DNA of 64,000 bases, from IMG/VR virus record IMGVR_UViG_3300024239_000013, positions 255,335 through 319,334 of that record. One strand, 5' to 3'. Under the pieces are notes generated by a model that worked only from the letters and a program-made list of their open reading frames with translations, was not told the DNA's origin and searched no databases. A program made the translations under genes and the position numbers. This document shows, piece after piece, positions 29,403 through 39,441 of the stretch (the stretch's first letter is position 1; every line of letters begins with the position of its first letter).

Positions 29403-30551
29403 TTAATTTAGAAAATTTTCAAAAGGATCAAATCCTTTAGGTTGGTATCCACTAGTTACCCATTCGGTTCCTTCTAATATTTTTATTCTATCTAGAGTTA
29501 CTGATCTTTTTTCAATATTAGATCCTCTCTCAATCTCACTTAAACAACCTTTAGCTACAAAATCTGGTATCATACTTCGATCCAACCACATCAATTTAAA
29601 GTTCCTAATTATATTAGATTTAACTTTTACCCTGTTTTCTGTACTATCTACGCCTTTAGAAGTTCGAATTACAATACCACTAAGCCAATCCAGGAAATTC
29701 TCGCTATCTTCGGAATTTAACAAATAGCTAAAACTCTTATCAGACCATTCTGATTCTAGGAATGCACCGTAAACAGCTTCTGCTTTTTTTTGTGTGAAAT
29801 TGACAATCTTATTGTTATTGGTATAAGACCATACACTAGGTACAGAATCTCCTTTATCCCCGATTAAAATTTTATTAAATATGAAAGGTCTACTTTCAAT
29901 TTCCTCTATCTGAACTTTCTTAAGAAAATCTTTAAACCTTTCCTTTTCTGGGGAAATTGCAGAAGCCATATTAAAAATATCAATAGACTCGTTTTTATCC
30001 AGCCAATCCTCTTTCCATCCTTTAGGAACCGAAATCACATTTTTCTTAGAGTTATTGTTCCATATCGTAGTCCACGATTTATTAGAAATTTTTGCTAATT
30101 GGTGCAAATCCTTATCACCAGTTATGATTATGCAATTTTCTCCTGCTTCGTTAAAGTGATCTGACCAGTACATAAGTAAATCGTCACCCTCTGCACCTTC
30201 GGTTTTAGAAAAAATGAATCCCATTTTTTCTAATTGGGCACCAAAAGATTGCATGAGATCAAAAAATATAGTCCAGTCTACTGCTTCATCTTTTACTCTT
30301 CCTGATTTATACCCCCCGTCCTCTATTTCAATATCCTTCCTCCAGCTTCTACTATCAGAAGTAAAAATTAATCTTCCCCCTTGTGGGATCATTTTCAGGG
30401 AGGAGCAAAGATCGGTAGAAACTTTTCGGATAAATGCAGCTTGTTCAGATTTATCTTTTAAGATTTTACCAGGATCTACATTTCCATACCCACCAAATAT
30501 TCCAAAGGTTTTATGAAATATATAATTCCCGTCTATTAATATATTAACCAT
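29403..30551 (-). CDS. rnh: T4-type RNase H / 5'-3' flap exonuclease
   Basis: ILIDGNYIFH, DSRSWRK, EGDDL, TGDKDLHQL, LIGDKGDSVP. Confidence 0.88.
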   Translation of the reverse strand: MVNILIDGNYIFHKTFGIFGGYGNVDPGKILKDKSEQAAFIRKVSTDLCSSLKMIPQGGRLIFTSDSRSWRKDIEIEDGGYKSGRVKDEAVDWTIFFDLMQSFGAQLEKMGFIFSKTEGAEGDDLLMYWSDHFNEAGENCIIITGDKDLHQLAKISNKSWTTIWNNNSKKNVISVPKGWKEDWLDKNESIDIFNMASAISPEKERFKDFLKKVQIEEIESRPFIFNKILIGDKGDSVPSVWSYTNNNKIVNFTQKKAEAVYGAFLESEWSDKSFSYLLNSEDSENFLDWLSGIVIRTSKGVDSTENRVKVKSNIIRNFKLMWLDRSMIPDFVAKGCLSEIERGSNIEKRSVTLDRIKILEGTEWVTSGYQPKGFDPFENFLN

Positions 30552-30559
30552 TTCTTTTA

Positions 30560-31081
30560 TTATATTTTATATTTATTAACATCTGCCCATTCAACATCTA
30601 ATTTAAAATTAGGGTCGGTTATTTTATAATCGAAATCAGTAAAGTTTTCAAAATCCTTTTTATCTGATTCCAATCTTCTATTTACAGTATCAGCATCTTT
30701 CCTATCGGATAATCTTTTTTTTCTTATCTCCTCGTCTATATCAAAATAAACTATAAAAGACTCCTTTCTATCTTCAGGTTTTAATCTCATGATCCCGGAT
30801 GGTGTCATTATAAATAAATTGGATTTAGAAAATTCTTCAATAGTTGTTCCGTATAACCATCCATTAAAAATTACATATTCATAAAATAAATCTTTAGCTA
30901 TAAAATGATGGTTAGCAGAGTCCATAGATATAAAATGATAATCCTTCCCATCAACCTCACCAATTCTAGGAGGTCTTGTGGTATGGGATATACAATAGAC
31001 AAATCCAGATTCCTCCAGAATTTCTCTAGCATAATCTTTTCCTGAAGCTCCTTTACCCACTAATATAATTCTTTTCATCAA
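30560..31081 (-). CDS. gmk: Guanylate kinase-like
   Basis: GKGASGKD, SHTTRPPRIGEVDGKDYHF. Confidence 0.88.
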   Translation of the reverse strand: MMKRIILVGKGASGKDYAREILEESGFVYCISHTTRPPRIGEVDGKDYHFISMDSANHHFIAKDLFYEYVIFNGWLYGTTIEEFSKSNLFIMTPSGIMRLKPEDRKESFIVYFDIDEEIRKKRLSDRKDADTVNRRLESDKKDFENFTDFDYKITDPNFKLDVEWADVNKYKI

Positions 31082-32022
31082 TCTATCATTTTTTGTATCT
31101 GATAAACTAAGGATAAAAGGGAAACCATCGGATCTATTACCTGTGTTCTTTGAGCTTGATGTTCGGCCACTAGTATTATAACACCAGGTATTATTTTTTT
31201 ATGCTCAGGCTTATTGTCGATTATCCATTTTATGAATTCATCTCCTAATGCAGACATTACATCATCTACCTTACCTTGATATTCACCAACTATAGATTGA
31301 TAATTCTTGATAGGATCCTTCGAATTTAATATGAGATCGTAAAGAGTCTCGTAAGACCAGCCTAGTTCCTTCATTTTATTCTGATCTACGGTTTTAACTC
31401 CTTCGATAGTCCAACTTTGAATTTTATTTAAAGCTGATCTAAAATCAGGATAATAATTTCTCTGGAATTCTAAAAGTGATTCGCTATCGATAGAAATATT
31501 CAATTTGCTAAGAATTAAACTAATTCTTTTATTCCATTCTTCTTTTAGTTGGTTTTCTTCTTCAGTTGTTGCTGGAGTAAAATCTATAACTTCGAATCTA
31601 CTTTTTATAGCATCTGGGATTTTGTTGATATAGTTACATGTGGATATGAATCTGGTATTTCCAGCAAATTTCTCGATAGTTCCTCTTAAAGCTTTATGAA
31701 ACTGATCTGAAACCCCATCAAACTCATCCAATATTACCACTTTTTTTGAAGACTTACCATCCAATACAGATATTGTTGAGCAGAAATCATTTATCTTAAC
31801 TCTAAGGGTTTCTACTGAACTCTCATCTGATCCATTTATGAATATATGGGGATAAGGCGCAGCTAAAATTTTAGCCAGAGTTGTCTTCCCACACCCCGGA
31901 GGTCCACTAAGAAGTACATTTTGATTTAATCCATTTTCAAACACTCTTGAAATTCTTTGAGGCAATATCATATGTCTCAATTCTTTCGGTCTAAGCTTTT
32001 CTGTTAATAATTCTTGTATCAT
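31078..32022 (-). CDS. gp44: Clamp-loader AAA+ subunit (gp44/RFC-like)
   Basis: EKLRPK, GPPGCGKTT, ILDEFD, TCNYINKI.DAIKSRF. Confidence 0.92.
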   Translation of the reverse strand: MIQELLTEKLRPKELRHMILPQRISRVFENGLNQNVLLSGPPGCGKTTLAKILAAPYPHIFINGSDESSVETLRVKINDFCSTISVLDGKSSKKVVILDEFDGVSDQFHKALRGTIEKFAGNTRFISTCNYINKIPDAIKSRFEVIDFTPATTEEENQLKEEWNKRISLILSKLNISIDSESLLEFQRNYYPDFRSALNKIQSWTIEGVKTVDQNKMKELGWSYETLYDLILNSKDPIKNYQSIVGEYQGKVDDVMSALGDEFIKWIIDNKPEHKKIIPGVIILVAEHQAQRTQVIDPMVSLLSLVYQIQKMID

Positions 32023-32027
32023 ACTAA

Positions 32028-32055
32028 TTCTAGTGAATAAATTAATTCTTGTTTC
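32028..32055 (-). promoter_or_regulatory. ECF-type promoter GAAAC-N17-CTAGAA
   Basis: Directly upstream of the clamp loader-gmk-RNase H run. Confidence 0.65.
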
Positions 32056-33387
32056 TTAAAATTTATTAGAAAAGTCATCTGAAGTTGTCTTGTCGGATCT
32101 TATCTCTATAAATCTTGGTAAAAATAAAGATCTGTTTCCGTGTTTATCCTCTATAGTTACGTTATATTGGACAGCAGCAATTTTTCCAATATGAGAATCT
32201 GGATCTTCACTTAGTGTTTTTAAATCATTGTCAGTAAATCCGGCTCCGACTTTAACATTAAGAGTCCCACTTGAATCTGTTAAGATAAATCCACCAATAA
32301 ATCCTTCTCTCTTTCCCTCTCCTGGATACCATCCAGTTATAAGAAGATCGCAATCATTAACCTCTTTAAATTTTATCCAAGACTTAGATCTTTTACATTC
32401 ATAAACAACATCAGCTTTACAAATAACTCCCTCCCCACCTTCATCGACAATCTTTTTATAAATAGACGAAACTTCACTGGCATCTTTAAGCTCCCACATT
32501 TTAGCTAATTTAACCGGGGATTCTTCTGAAATCGAGGATAAAACTTTTTCTAACGTATCTCTTCTTATTTTGTAATTAATAACTCCAGAGCCAGTATCTA
32601 GAGTAGATGCTTCCTCCAGATCAAAAATATTAAAAAGAAGTCCCTTTTCTATAGATGAATCAACTTTACCCTTAAGTATCTGAGTAACCTTGCCACTGAC
32701 TGATTTTCTATTCAAATCCGTTAATTCGCCATCGAAAAACCAATCACCCTTCAATCCGCTATTTATCATACACGTTTTAAGATCGAAAGTTATTTTAGGA
32801 AAACAAGAGGAATCAAGTTCATTAAATGCTCTAGTAAAGTAGGAAAATTCACCATTCTTATAAAGTGCTATTACTCTCACTCCATCATATTTCTCCTCAC
32901 AATATACTTTTCCCCATTTTTCTATGTTATCGTGATCATCTGTTGCCAGCATAAGAGAAGGATCGGGGATTAATTCTCTCTTAAGTGCTTTATTGATAAG
33001 TTTTGCACCTATACCTATGTTCATTCTTTTGGTTAATATTTTCATAAGTACAGTTCTGAGTTCCAAATCCTCAGCATCATCTTCAGATATTCTCTGTGAG
33101 ATGATATTTTGAGCTCTACCTCTAAGTATATCGTTTGCTGCAGGGGCTTTTTTAAGCTCTTCTACAAGGGCTTTAAATTCATCCCAATGATTAGGATTAC
33201 TTTCACTTAAAGATTCGTTAAAAGATATCTTATGAAGTTTTGTGGTAATAAATGGGTTATAACAGACGTCTAGAATATAAGAGAATTTGTCTGTTAAGTT
33301 TTCTTCGATTAATTTTTGTTTTGCCTTTTGAGATCCCTCTCCTGTAAGATTTTCTAGATTTTTAAAAATTCTTAATTCTTGTATCAT
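32056..33387 (-). CDS. lig: ATP-dependent DNA ligase
   Basis: EEKYDGVR, FDGEL, EGVICK, WIKFK, SLFLPRF. Confidence 0.92.
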   Translation of the reverse strand: MIQELRIFKNLENLTGEGSQKAKQKLIEENLTDKFSYILDVCYNPFITTKLHKISFNESLSESNPNHWDEFKALVEELKKAPAANDILRGRAQNIISQRISEDDAEDLELRTVLMKILTKRMNIGIGAKLINKALKRELIPDPSLMLATDDHDNIEKWGKVYCEEKYDGVRVIALYKNGEFSYFTRAFNELDSSCFPKITFDLKTCMINSGLKGDWFFDGELTDLNRKSVSGKVTQILKGKVDSSIEKGLLFNIFDLEEASTLDTGSGVINYKIRRDTLEKVLSSISEESPVKLAKMWELKDASEVSSIYKKIVDEGGEGVICKADVVYECKRSKSWIKFKEVNDCDLLITGWYPGEGKREGFIGGFILTDSSGTLNVKVGAGFTDNDLKTLSEDPDSHIGKIAAVQYNVTIEDKHGNRSLFLPRFIEIRSDKTTSDDFSNKF

Positions 33388-33404
33388 ATTGATTTATTTT
33401 TTCA

Positions 33405-33412
33405 CAAATATA
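33405..33412 (-). promoter_or_regulatory. Bacteroidota-type -7 element TATATTTG
   Basis: 17 nt upstream of the ligase ATG. Confidence 0.4.
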
Positions 33413-33436
33413 ATACAAAAATTCGAACTGAAAAAA

Positions 33437-34408
33437 TTATAAATTGAAATATTTACTATTATAGACATCTTCTATCCCGACCGAAACCGCACCTACACTA
33501 GAGCATGCGATAGATCCAGCTATATTACATAATTTTAAAGATTCTTTTATATCCAACCCAGAAGAAAAACATAAAGATATCATAGCGGTAACGGTATCAC
33601 CAGCACCCGAAACGTCGGAAATTTTCACAGGATATGAAGGAGAGTGATATGATTCATTAGCAGTGATGAAAATTACCCCATTTTCTGATAAGGTGACTAG
33701 TATAGATTCTATACCTAATTTAGATATAATATTCCTTCCCTCATAAACTATGGAATCGAAATCATTGGGACTCAATTTTTTATTGATTAAACTACAAAAC
33801 TCTAAGAAATTGGGTTTAATCAAAGTACAACCGCTATATGAATCAAAATTTTTTAATTTAGGGTCTACTAATACTGGCTTATTTTTTTCCTTGCAAATTT
33901 TTATAATTCCCTTTATAAGTACAGAGGTTAATAATCCTTTATTATAGTCCTCCATAATAACACAATCATAAAAATCTATAACGGATTCTATTTTTGATAA
34001 TATAATAGATTCTAAATTACTATCAATATCAATTATATCCTCATTATCAACTCTTAATAATTGATGAGAATTTGAAATGTATCTTGATTTAGTAGTTGTC
34101 TTTATTCCCGACCTTTTTATAAGAAGGCTGAGATCAGATTTTTCTGAAACCAAACTTTCTACCTTATCTCCATTAAGATCATTTCCTATAACAGAAATAA
34201 TATCGCTATATCCACCTAAAGAATGAATGTTTAGAAAAACATTACCTGCCCCTCCTAAATAGTAATTTTCAGATTTATTTAATAATACCGGTACTGGAGC
34301 TTCTGGGGATATTCTAGATACGATTCCATTTACATAATGGTCTAGCATGATATCTCCAATGACCAATATTTTAAGTCTGGAAAAAATATCCCTGATGTCT
34401 AGATTCAT
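33437..34408 (-). CDS. hldE: HldE/RfaE-type D-glycero-D-manno-heptose-7-phosphate kinase (stand-alone kinase domain)
   Basis: VIGDIMLDHY..G.VSRISPEAPVPV, GGAGNV, QLLRVD, DYNKG, VDPK, DVSGAGDTV. Confidence 0.88.
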   Translation of the reverse strand: MNLDIRDIFSRLKILVIGDIMLDHYVNGIVSRISPEAPVPVLLNKSENYYLGGAGNVFLNIHSLGGYSDIISVIGNDLNGDKVESLVSEKSDLSLLIKRSGIKTTTKSRYISNSHQLLRVDNEDIIDIDSNLESIILSKIESVIDFYDCVIMEDYNKGLLTSVLIKGIIKICKEKNKPVLVDPKLKNFDSYSGCTLIKPNFLEFCSLINKKLSPNDFDSIVYEGRNIISKLGIESILVTLSENGVIFITANESYHSPSYPVKISDVSGAGDTVTAMISLCFSSGLDIKESLKLCNIAGSIACSSVGAVSVGIEDVYNSKYFNL

Positions 34409-34440
34409 TTGAGATTGAGTTTTTTAGAGATTATTTATTA

Positions 34441-36108
34441 TTATAGTGTCACTTCCGGAGTTTCTTCATCTGTTCCCCCTTCTGCTGGTGTTGTTCCCTC
34501 GGTCGGTGAAACTTCTTCACCAGTAGCGGATTCTGCTCCAGCTTCTCCTGATTCTGCTTCATTTTTTTTAGCAGCTTTAGCTTCCTTTTCTTTATAGATT
34601 TTATTCATTTTTATTTCGTCTGGATTCATTCCAAGAAATCTCTGGATTAAGAAATCATTATCGAAATAAGATTTTTCCTCTTCTCCGACTTTAACTTTAA
34701 GTTCAGCTAATCCCTTAATAAATTCACTTCTTTTTGTAAATGACGTCATCTGTACAGATTCCTCAAATTCATTATCTCTATAAAAATTTAAACCAAGATT
34801 TGATTTAAAGCTTTTATCTTTAGATAATTCAGGATGATCTAAGCACATCTGAATATAAAGAGGTTTTACTAGGATCTCCTGGAATATCGATCTAAGTCTT
34901 CTAAGGAATTTTTCAAATCTTATTTCGTCTCTTTCTAGCTGATCTATAGCTATTTGATAATTGGCAGGTGTTCCATTTTTAGAGGCAAATCTAGCATAAG
35001 GTATTTTAGAATCCATTTTAAGTTTATTGAAGAAAAATAAAACACTCTCCATCACATTAAAATCTGGTCCAGATGGGTTTAACGATTCTATCTGTGGGGA
35101 CTGCCCATCTTTCTCGGGAAACAGATAATTCTTATAGAACTGAACTTTAGGTCTACCGTTAATCGTCAATTCTCCAGAAGCATCATTGATAGAAATATCC
35201 TCTTTATAGTTAGACATCAGTTGTCCCAATGTTTGCATAGCTTTTTGTGAAGATTGACTTCCTATAGGTATAATAAATTTAAGTCTATATGAAGCATTCA
35301 TAACATTCCATATAACTCTGGAGTTTTCCATTATTCTTAGAATATTATAAGATCTCACCAATCTTTCTACGTAACTTACTCTTGAAATACTATTTCCCTT
35401 TGCATAAGAAATATAGATAACCTGTTCGTTAGTGAGTTTTCGGGTCATCTGTGGATTTTTTGGATATTGTAGCCAAAATTGAACATATTCGCTTTCTCCA
35501 ACCTTTTCAACTACAGGTTGCAAAGAAGCAGGATCTAATTCTTTAAATCCTATAATCTCTTTCCCCTTGTTATCATAAATTATTTCAAAAGCTAAAAACC
35601 CATCTATGAGAAACTGTCTAAAATACTGCCACCCCAAAACACTATTCTGAAATCCAAAAACATTATATATTCTATTATAATGTTTGAACATTTTTTCCTT
35701 CATTTTTTCCTTCAGATCCATGTTGATAAATGAGGGTTGTGCAAAATAATTTCTATCGTCGTAATTTATTGCCTCGTCACTAATAGTATCCAATATAAAT
35801 TCTATCTCACCATTCAAAGAAAACTTTCTGAGATAATTTCTCTTATCGTTATAGTCTCTATCGAAATATGCAATATATTTTCTTACCTTTGTATCCTGGT
35901 AAGAAGCTGTCCAATAAAAAGCATCATTTTGGGTAAATCCTGTTCCCTCTTGACTGGAGAAGAATCCCTCAGTTTTCCCAATGGCCTGTGAATTTCTCAC
36001 AACCATATCGTCATACTGCATACCAAATTTTGATATATTCCCTAGATTTTTTAATATATTACCTAGTGCGGATTGGTTTGGTTTTAAATAATCTAAAAAT
36101 CCTGCCAT
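34441..36108 (-). CDS. gp20: Portal protein paralog B (gp20-like)
   Basis: FRQFLIDGFLAFEI, SYVERLVRSYN.LRIME.SRVIW, DEIRFEKFLRRLRSIF. Confidence 0.85.
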   Translation of the reverse strand: MAGFLDYLKPNQSALGNILKNLGNISKFGMQYDDMVVRNSQAIGKTEGFFSSQEGTGFTQNDAFYWTASYQDTKVRKYIAYFDRDYNDKRNYLRKFSLNGEIEFILDTISDEAINYDDRNYFAQPSFINMDLKEKMKEKMFKHYNRIYNVFGFQNSVLGWQYFRQFLIDGFLAFEIIYDNKGKEIIGFKELDPASLQPVVEKVGESEYVQFWLQYPKNPQMTRKLTNEQVIYISYAKGNSISRVSYVERLVRSYNILRIMENSRVIWNVMNASYRLKFIIPIGSQSSQKAMQTLGQLMSNYKEDISINDASGELTINGRPKVQFYKNYLFPEKDGQSPQIESLNPSGPDFNVMESVLFFFNKLKMDSKIPYARFASKNGTPANYQIAIDQLERDEIRFEKFLRRLRSIFQEILVKPLYIQMCLDHPELSKDKSFKSNLGLNFYRDNEFEESVQMTSFTKRSEFIKGLAELKVKVGEEEKSYFDNDFLIQRFLGMNPDEIKMNKIYKEKEAKAAKKNEAESGEAGAESATGEEVSPTEGTTPAEGGTDEETPEVTL

Positions 36109-36112
36109 TTTA

Positions 36113-37702
36113 TTATAATGTTACTTCCGGGGTTTCTTCACCTTCACCCTTATTTTCGGCTTTCTTTTTTTCCCTTTCCTTTCTTTCTAAAGCTTCTTTA
36201 TTTGCAACTATATCTTGTTTAGAAATACCTAAGTAGTTTTCTATAAGAAAAGCATTAGAAAAATACGGTTCTTCATTATCTCCTAAAATTCCACTCATGG
36301 ATAGAATTGCTTCTTTCTTCTTTTCTATTGTTGCTATTTCCTGATTTATTTTAAATGGATTATCAGAGAAATAATCTAAACCTAATTGGCTTTTAAATAA
36401 GAAATCATCTTCAAGATTAGGATATTTCTTAACCATTTGTATCCAAAGTGGTTTTATTAGAATCTCCTGGAAAGTAGATCTTAGTCTAGATATGAATTTT
36501 GAAAATCTTATTTCTTCCTTATCCAGTCCCTCTGCACCATTTGAATAAGGAGACGTACTTCCTCCATCTGGATTATGAAACCTAGAAGGAGGTACTTTAG
36601 ATTCTAATATAAACTTATCGAAAAAATAACTCAAAGGTTGAGGATCGTTTAAATTAGGACCCTCCGTATTTATAGGTTCTATAGTAGGTGTACCATTTAC
36701 ACCAGAAGGCATCAGATAGTTTTTGTAGAATTGTATCTTTGGTCTACCGTCTATTGTCAATTCACCACTTTCATCATTAAGTTCTATATCCTCCTTATAA
36801 ATGCTCATTAGTTCGCCTAGAGTTTGCATTCCTTTTTGCTGGGATTTAGATCCTATCGGAACTGTCATTTTCAGCTTAAATGAAGCGTTCATAACGGACC
36901 AAATAACTCTAGTATATTCCATGATTCGTAGAATATTATAGGGTCTTATAAGTCTCTCTATATAGCTTATTCTTGATATAGCATTACCCTTCGCATAAGA
37001 AATATAAATTATCTGTGGATCATATAAAACTCTTTTTCTTTTAGGATCTTGTGGATATTGTGTCCATGTATTTATAAAAGTCCCATCTATTTGTTTTTCT
37101 ACACTAGGAACTAGGGTTACCGCATCTAATTCTTTAAATCCTATTATATTTTCTCCTCTATCATCATAGATTATCTCAAATGCTAAGAAACCATCTATTA
37201 TAAATTGTCTGAAATATTGCCAGGCTGTTATATCGTCCGAAAATCCCCAGATGTCATATAATTTTTTATATGATTCATAAAGTTCATCCTTTAATTTTTC
37301 ATTTATATCAGTAATATCAATAAAGTCGGGATAAGCAAAGAAATTTGAAGGATCATAGGATATCGACTCGTCACATATAGTATCTAGGACCCATTCAATC
37401 TCAGGATTAAGTGAGAATTTTCTTAAGAAATCTCTTTTCCCTTTATAGTCCTTATCGAAATATCCGATAAACTGTTTAGTAGTTATATCCTGCTTTGCTA
37501 AAGTCCATAACATACTTTCGTCCTCCACGTTGGACTTATTCTTGTTTAAGAAGTTTGCTTCGGTTACACCTACAGCCTGTGAATTTCTGATGACCATGTC
37601 ATCATACTTCATACCAAAGGTACTTATCTTCCTAACAGAGTCTCGGATTCTCTGTATAACAGGAGTCTGTGATGGATTATTATTATCTACAAAGCCAGCC
37701 AT
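36113..37702 (-). CDS. gp20: Portal protein paralog A (gp20-like)
   Basis: FRQFIIDGFLAFEI, SYIERLIRPYN.LRIME, EEIRFSKFISRLRSTF. Confidence 0.85.
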   Translation of the reverse strand: MAGFVDNNNPSQTPVIQRIRDSVRKISTFGMKYDDMVIRNSQAVGVTEANFLNKNKSNVEDESMLWTLAKQDITTKQFIGYFDKDYKGKRDFLRKFSLNPEIEWVLDTICDESISYDPSNFFAYPDFIDITDINEKLKDELYESYKKLYDIWGFSDDITAWQYFRQFIIDGFLAFEIIYDDRGENIIGFKELDAVTLVPSVEKQIDGTFINTWTQYPQDPKRKRVLYDPQIIYISYAKGNAISRISYIERLIRPYNILRIMEYTRVIWSVMNASFKLKMTVPIGSKSQQKGMQTLGELMSIYKEDIELNDESGELTIDGRPKIQFYKNYLMPSGVNGTPTIEPINTEGPNLNDPQPLSYFFDKFILESKVPPSRFHNPDGGSTSPYSNGAEGLDKEEIRFSKFISRLRSTFQEILIKPLWIQMVKKYPNLEDDFLFKSQLGLDYFSDNPFKINQEIATIEKKKEAILSMSGILGDNEEPYFSNAFLIENYLGISKQDIVANKEALERKEREKKKAENKGEGEETPEVTL

Positions 37703-37735
37703 TTAAATAATACTTTATTAATTTTATCGAATTTC

Positions 37736-38338
37736 TTAAATTAATTTCGATCTATATTCATTATATATCCCCTGTATGGATAACCCCTCTATCATATTAA
37801 AACTAAGATAAGGAATTTTTGGCCAATCCTCCATGGAAATAACCTTAACATTTTTTATGAATTTATATTTAAATCCAAAATAGGAATTTAAATATCCAGT
37901 ACCTTTAAGAATATTCTTTAGCACAGGGTCCTTTAAATTCACTGGAACTTTGGTCGATCCTCTTTCGTATGAATTCTTATTAGCTAATAATTGTTCATAG
38001 AAATTATCATATATTCTTTCTATTATATCAACTCTTATTATATTCGGTACAGTTATTAAATCTATACCTTTTATTACAGTTCCAGATTCTAATGTGTTGA
38101 AAACATCGGTACAAATAACAAGAGGCATTCGATCTACGAAAGGCCTTTTTTTGCTAATTTCAGAATCCGTTAAATACCTAAAAGAGTAAATCTCTCCTGG
38201 GATGAATGGAGGAATGAAAGATATATCTGGTGAATCGTTCTTAAAATATTTACTTAAGAACAGATCATTAGTTGAAGTGAATATGTTTCCCGAACTAGTT
38301 TCATCTTCTTTGTATTTAAGAACTAAATCTTTATACAT
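37736..38338 (-). CDS. gp2: DNA end protector (gp2-like)
   Basis: PGEIYSFRY...PFVDRMPLVI...GIDL; adjacent to gp4. Confidence 0.7.
   Translation of the reverse strand: MYKDLVLKYKEDETSSGNIFTSTNDLFLSKYFKNDSPDISFIPPFIPGEIYSFRYLTDSEISKKRPFVDRMPLVICTDVFNTLESGTVIKGIDLITVPNIIRVDIIERIYDNFYEQLLANKNSYERGSTKVPVNLKDPVLKNILKGTGYLNSYFGFKYKFIKNVKVISMEDWPKIPYLSFNMIEGLSIQGIYNEYRSKLI
37762..37770 (-). promoter_or_regulatory. Late-promoter motif GGATATATA embedded in the 3' end of gp2
   Basis: About 60 nt upstream of the portal A start. Confidence 0.5.
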
Positions 38339-38823
38339 TATTTACTTTTAAATAGGAAATTTTCATCAATAACACCAAATTTATAGCCCCTTTTTTCAGC
38401 CCATATTTTTGCAGCTTTGAATTTTGCTTGGTTTGTTATCCAGATCTGCATATTTCTATTATATGATTTTAACTTTGCAACCGTCATCTTACCCTCATAA
38501 ATTGGTTTTTTCGTTTGATTCTCTGGTTTTATTTCAATTATCCATTCTTGAGCATCTCCAGATTCCTTTACAACCTTGATATAAAAATCTACATTATATT
38601 TATGCTCTTTTTTATCTAATGGATTATAATACTCGATAGCAATTGGTTCGGAACTCCACTTTACTATAGAATCATTTGTATCACAATACGTACAAAAACG
38701 ATACTCCCAAGAGGATCTATATATGATGTTATGAATATCTCCTATATACTTTTCAGGATTTCTGGGTTCGTATTTACCGGATTTATATTCACCGTTTGGT
38801 TTTATCTTCTTTATATCAGGCAT
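38338..38823 (-). CDS. gp4: Head completion nuclease (gp4-like, TnsA-type)
   Basis: YRSSWE, KWSSE, VDFYIK, IEIKP, AKFKAA. Confidence 0.9.
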   Translation of the reverse strand: MPDIKKIKPNGEYKSGKYEPRNPEKYIGDIHNIIYRSSWEYRFCTYCDTNDSIVKWSSEPIAIEYYNPLDKKEHKYNVDFYIKVVKESGDAQEWIIEIKPENQTKKPIYEGKMTVAKLKSYNRNMQIWITNQAKFKAAKIWAEKRGYKFGVIDENFLFKSK

Positions 38824-38829
38824 ATGGTA

Positions 38830-39189
38830 TTAAATATTATATGAATTATCATCACCAGTGATATAGCTAAATGGTATAGTTTTAGGATTTTTAGGGGGAT
38901 GTAATTTTTTCCATCCCTTAGCAAATCCATTTTTAGCAATCTGTGTAAAATAAGCAAATGGATTATTAGACTTTTCAGGATTGAATCGATTCCAATATTT
39001 ACAGAGATCTTCCATAGCAAAGGCCATACAATCTTCTTTATCTTCTGGATCTTTATATGACATTTTCTTAGCTATACCGTTTATCATTAAGGTAAACATT
39101 TCTATAGTTTCCGGTGTCAGCTTACCGGCTTTCTTTGATTCTATTACAGCAAGCATAAGCTCACTATTTTTAACATATTCTTTTGCCAT
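38830..39189 (-). CDS. gp55: Late-transcription sigma factor (gp55-like); start reassigned to ATG 39189 (MAKEYV)
   Basis: YVKNSEL, KYWNRFNPEKSNNPFAYFTQI. Confidence 0.85.
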   Translation of the reverse strand: MAKEYVKNSELMLAVIESKKAGKLTPETIEMFTLMINGIAKKMSYKDPEDKEDCMAFAMEDLCKYWNRFNPEKSNNPFAYFTQIAKNGFAKGWKKLHPPKNPKTIPFSYITGDDNSYNI

Positions 39190-39216
39190 TAATTGTTTAA
39201 TTAGTTTGGATTTATA

Positions 39217-39244
39217 TTCTAGTATAAAAAATGGTAAATATTTC
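39217..39244 (-). promoter_or_regulatory. ECF-type promoter GAAAT-N17-CTAGAA upstream of gp55
   Basis: Same spacing and -10 as the other copies. Confidence 0.6.
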
Positions 39245-39246
39245 AT

Positions 39247-39283
39247 AAAAAAAGAATGTAGCTTTTTGGTTACATTCTTTTTT
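39247..39283 (-). terminator. Intrinsic terminator
   Basis: aaaaaagaatgta-N10-tacattctttttt 13-bp stem. Confidence 0.75.
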
Positions 39284-39441
39284 ATTTTTATTCCTTTCTT
39301 CTCCGGTTTCGTCTGCATCCGAATCGTCTTTTATTTCTTTTCCATCTGGTGCCTTACTTAATTTTCCTTCCGAAGATTGAACGAAGGGTTCACCCGGTTT
39401 ATTTTGATCTTCCGATTTTGGAGCAAAATAAAAGTTACGAC

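Noticed and set aside
39190-39318. ORF-track N-terminal extension of gp55 (MQTKPEKK...)
   Set aside because: Crosses a terminator and a promoter motif; the sigma-like sequence starts at MAKEYV (39189). The starts at 44204, 63010 and 12218 were moved for similar reasons
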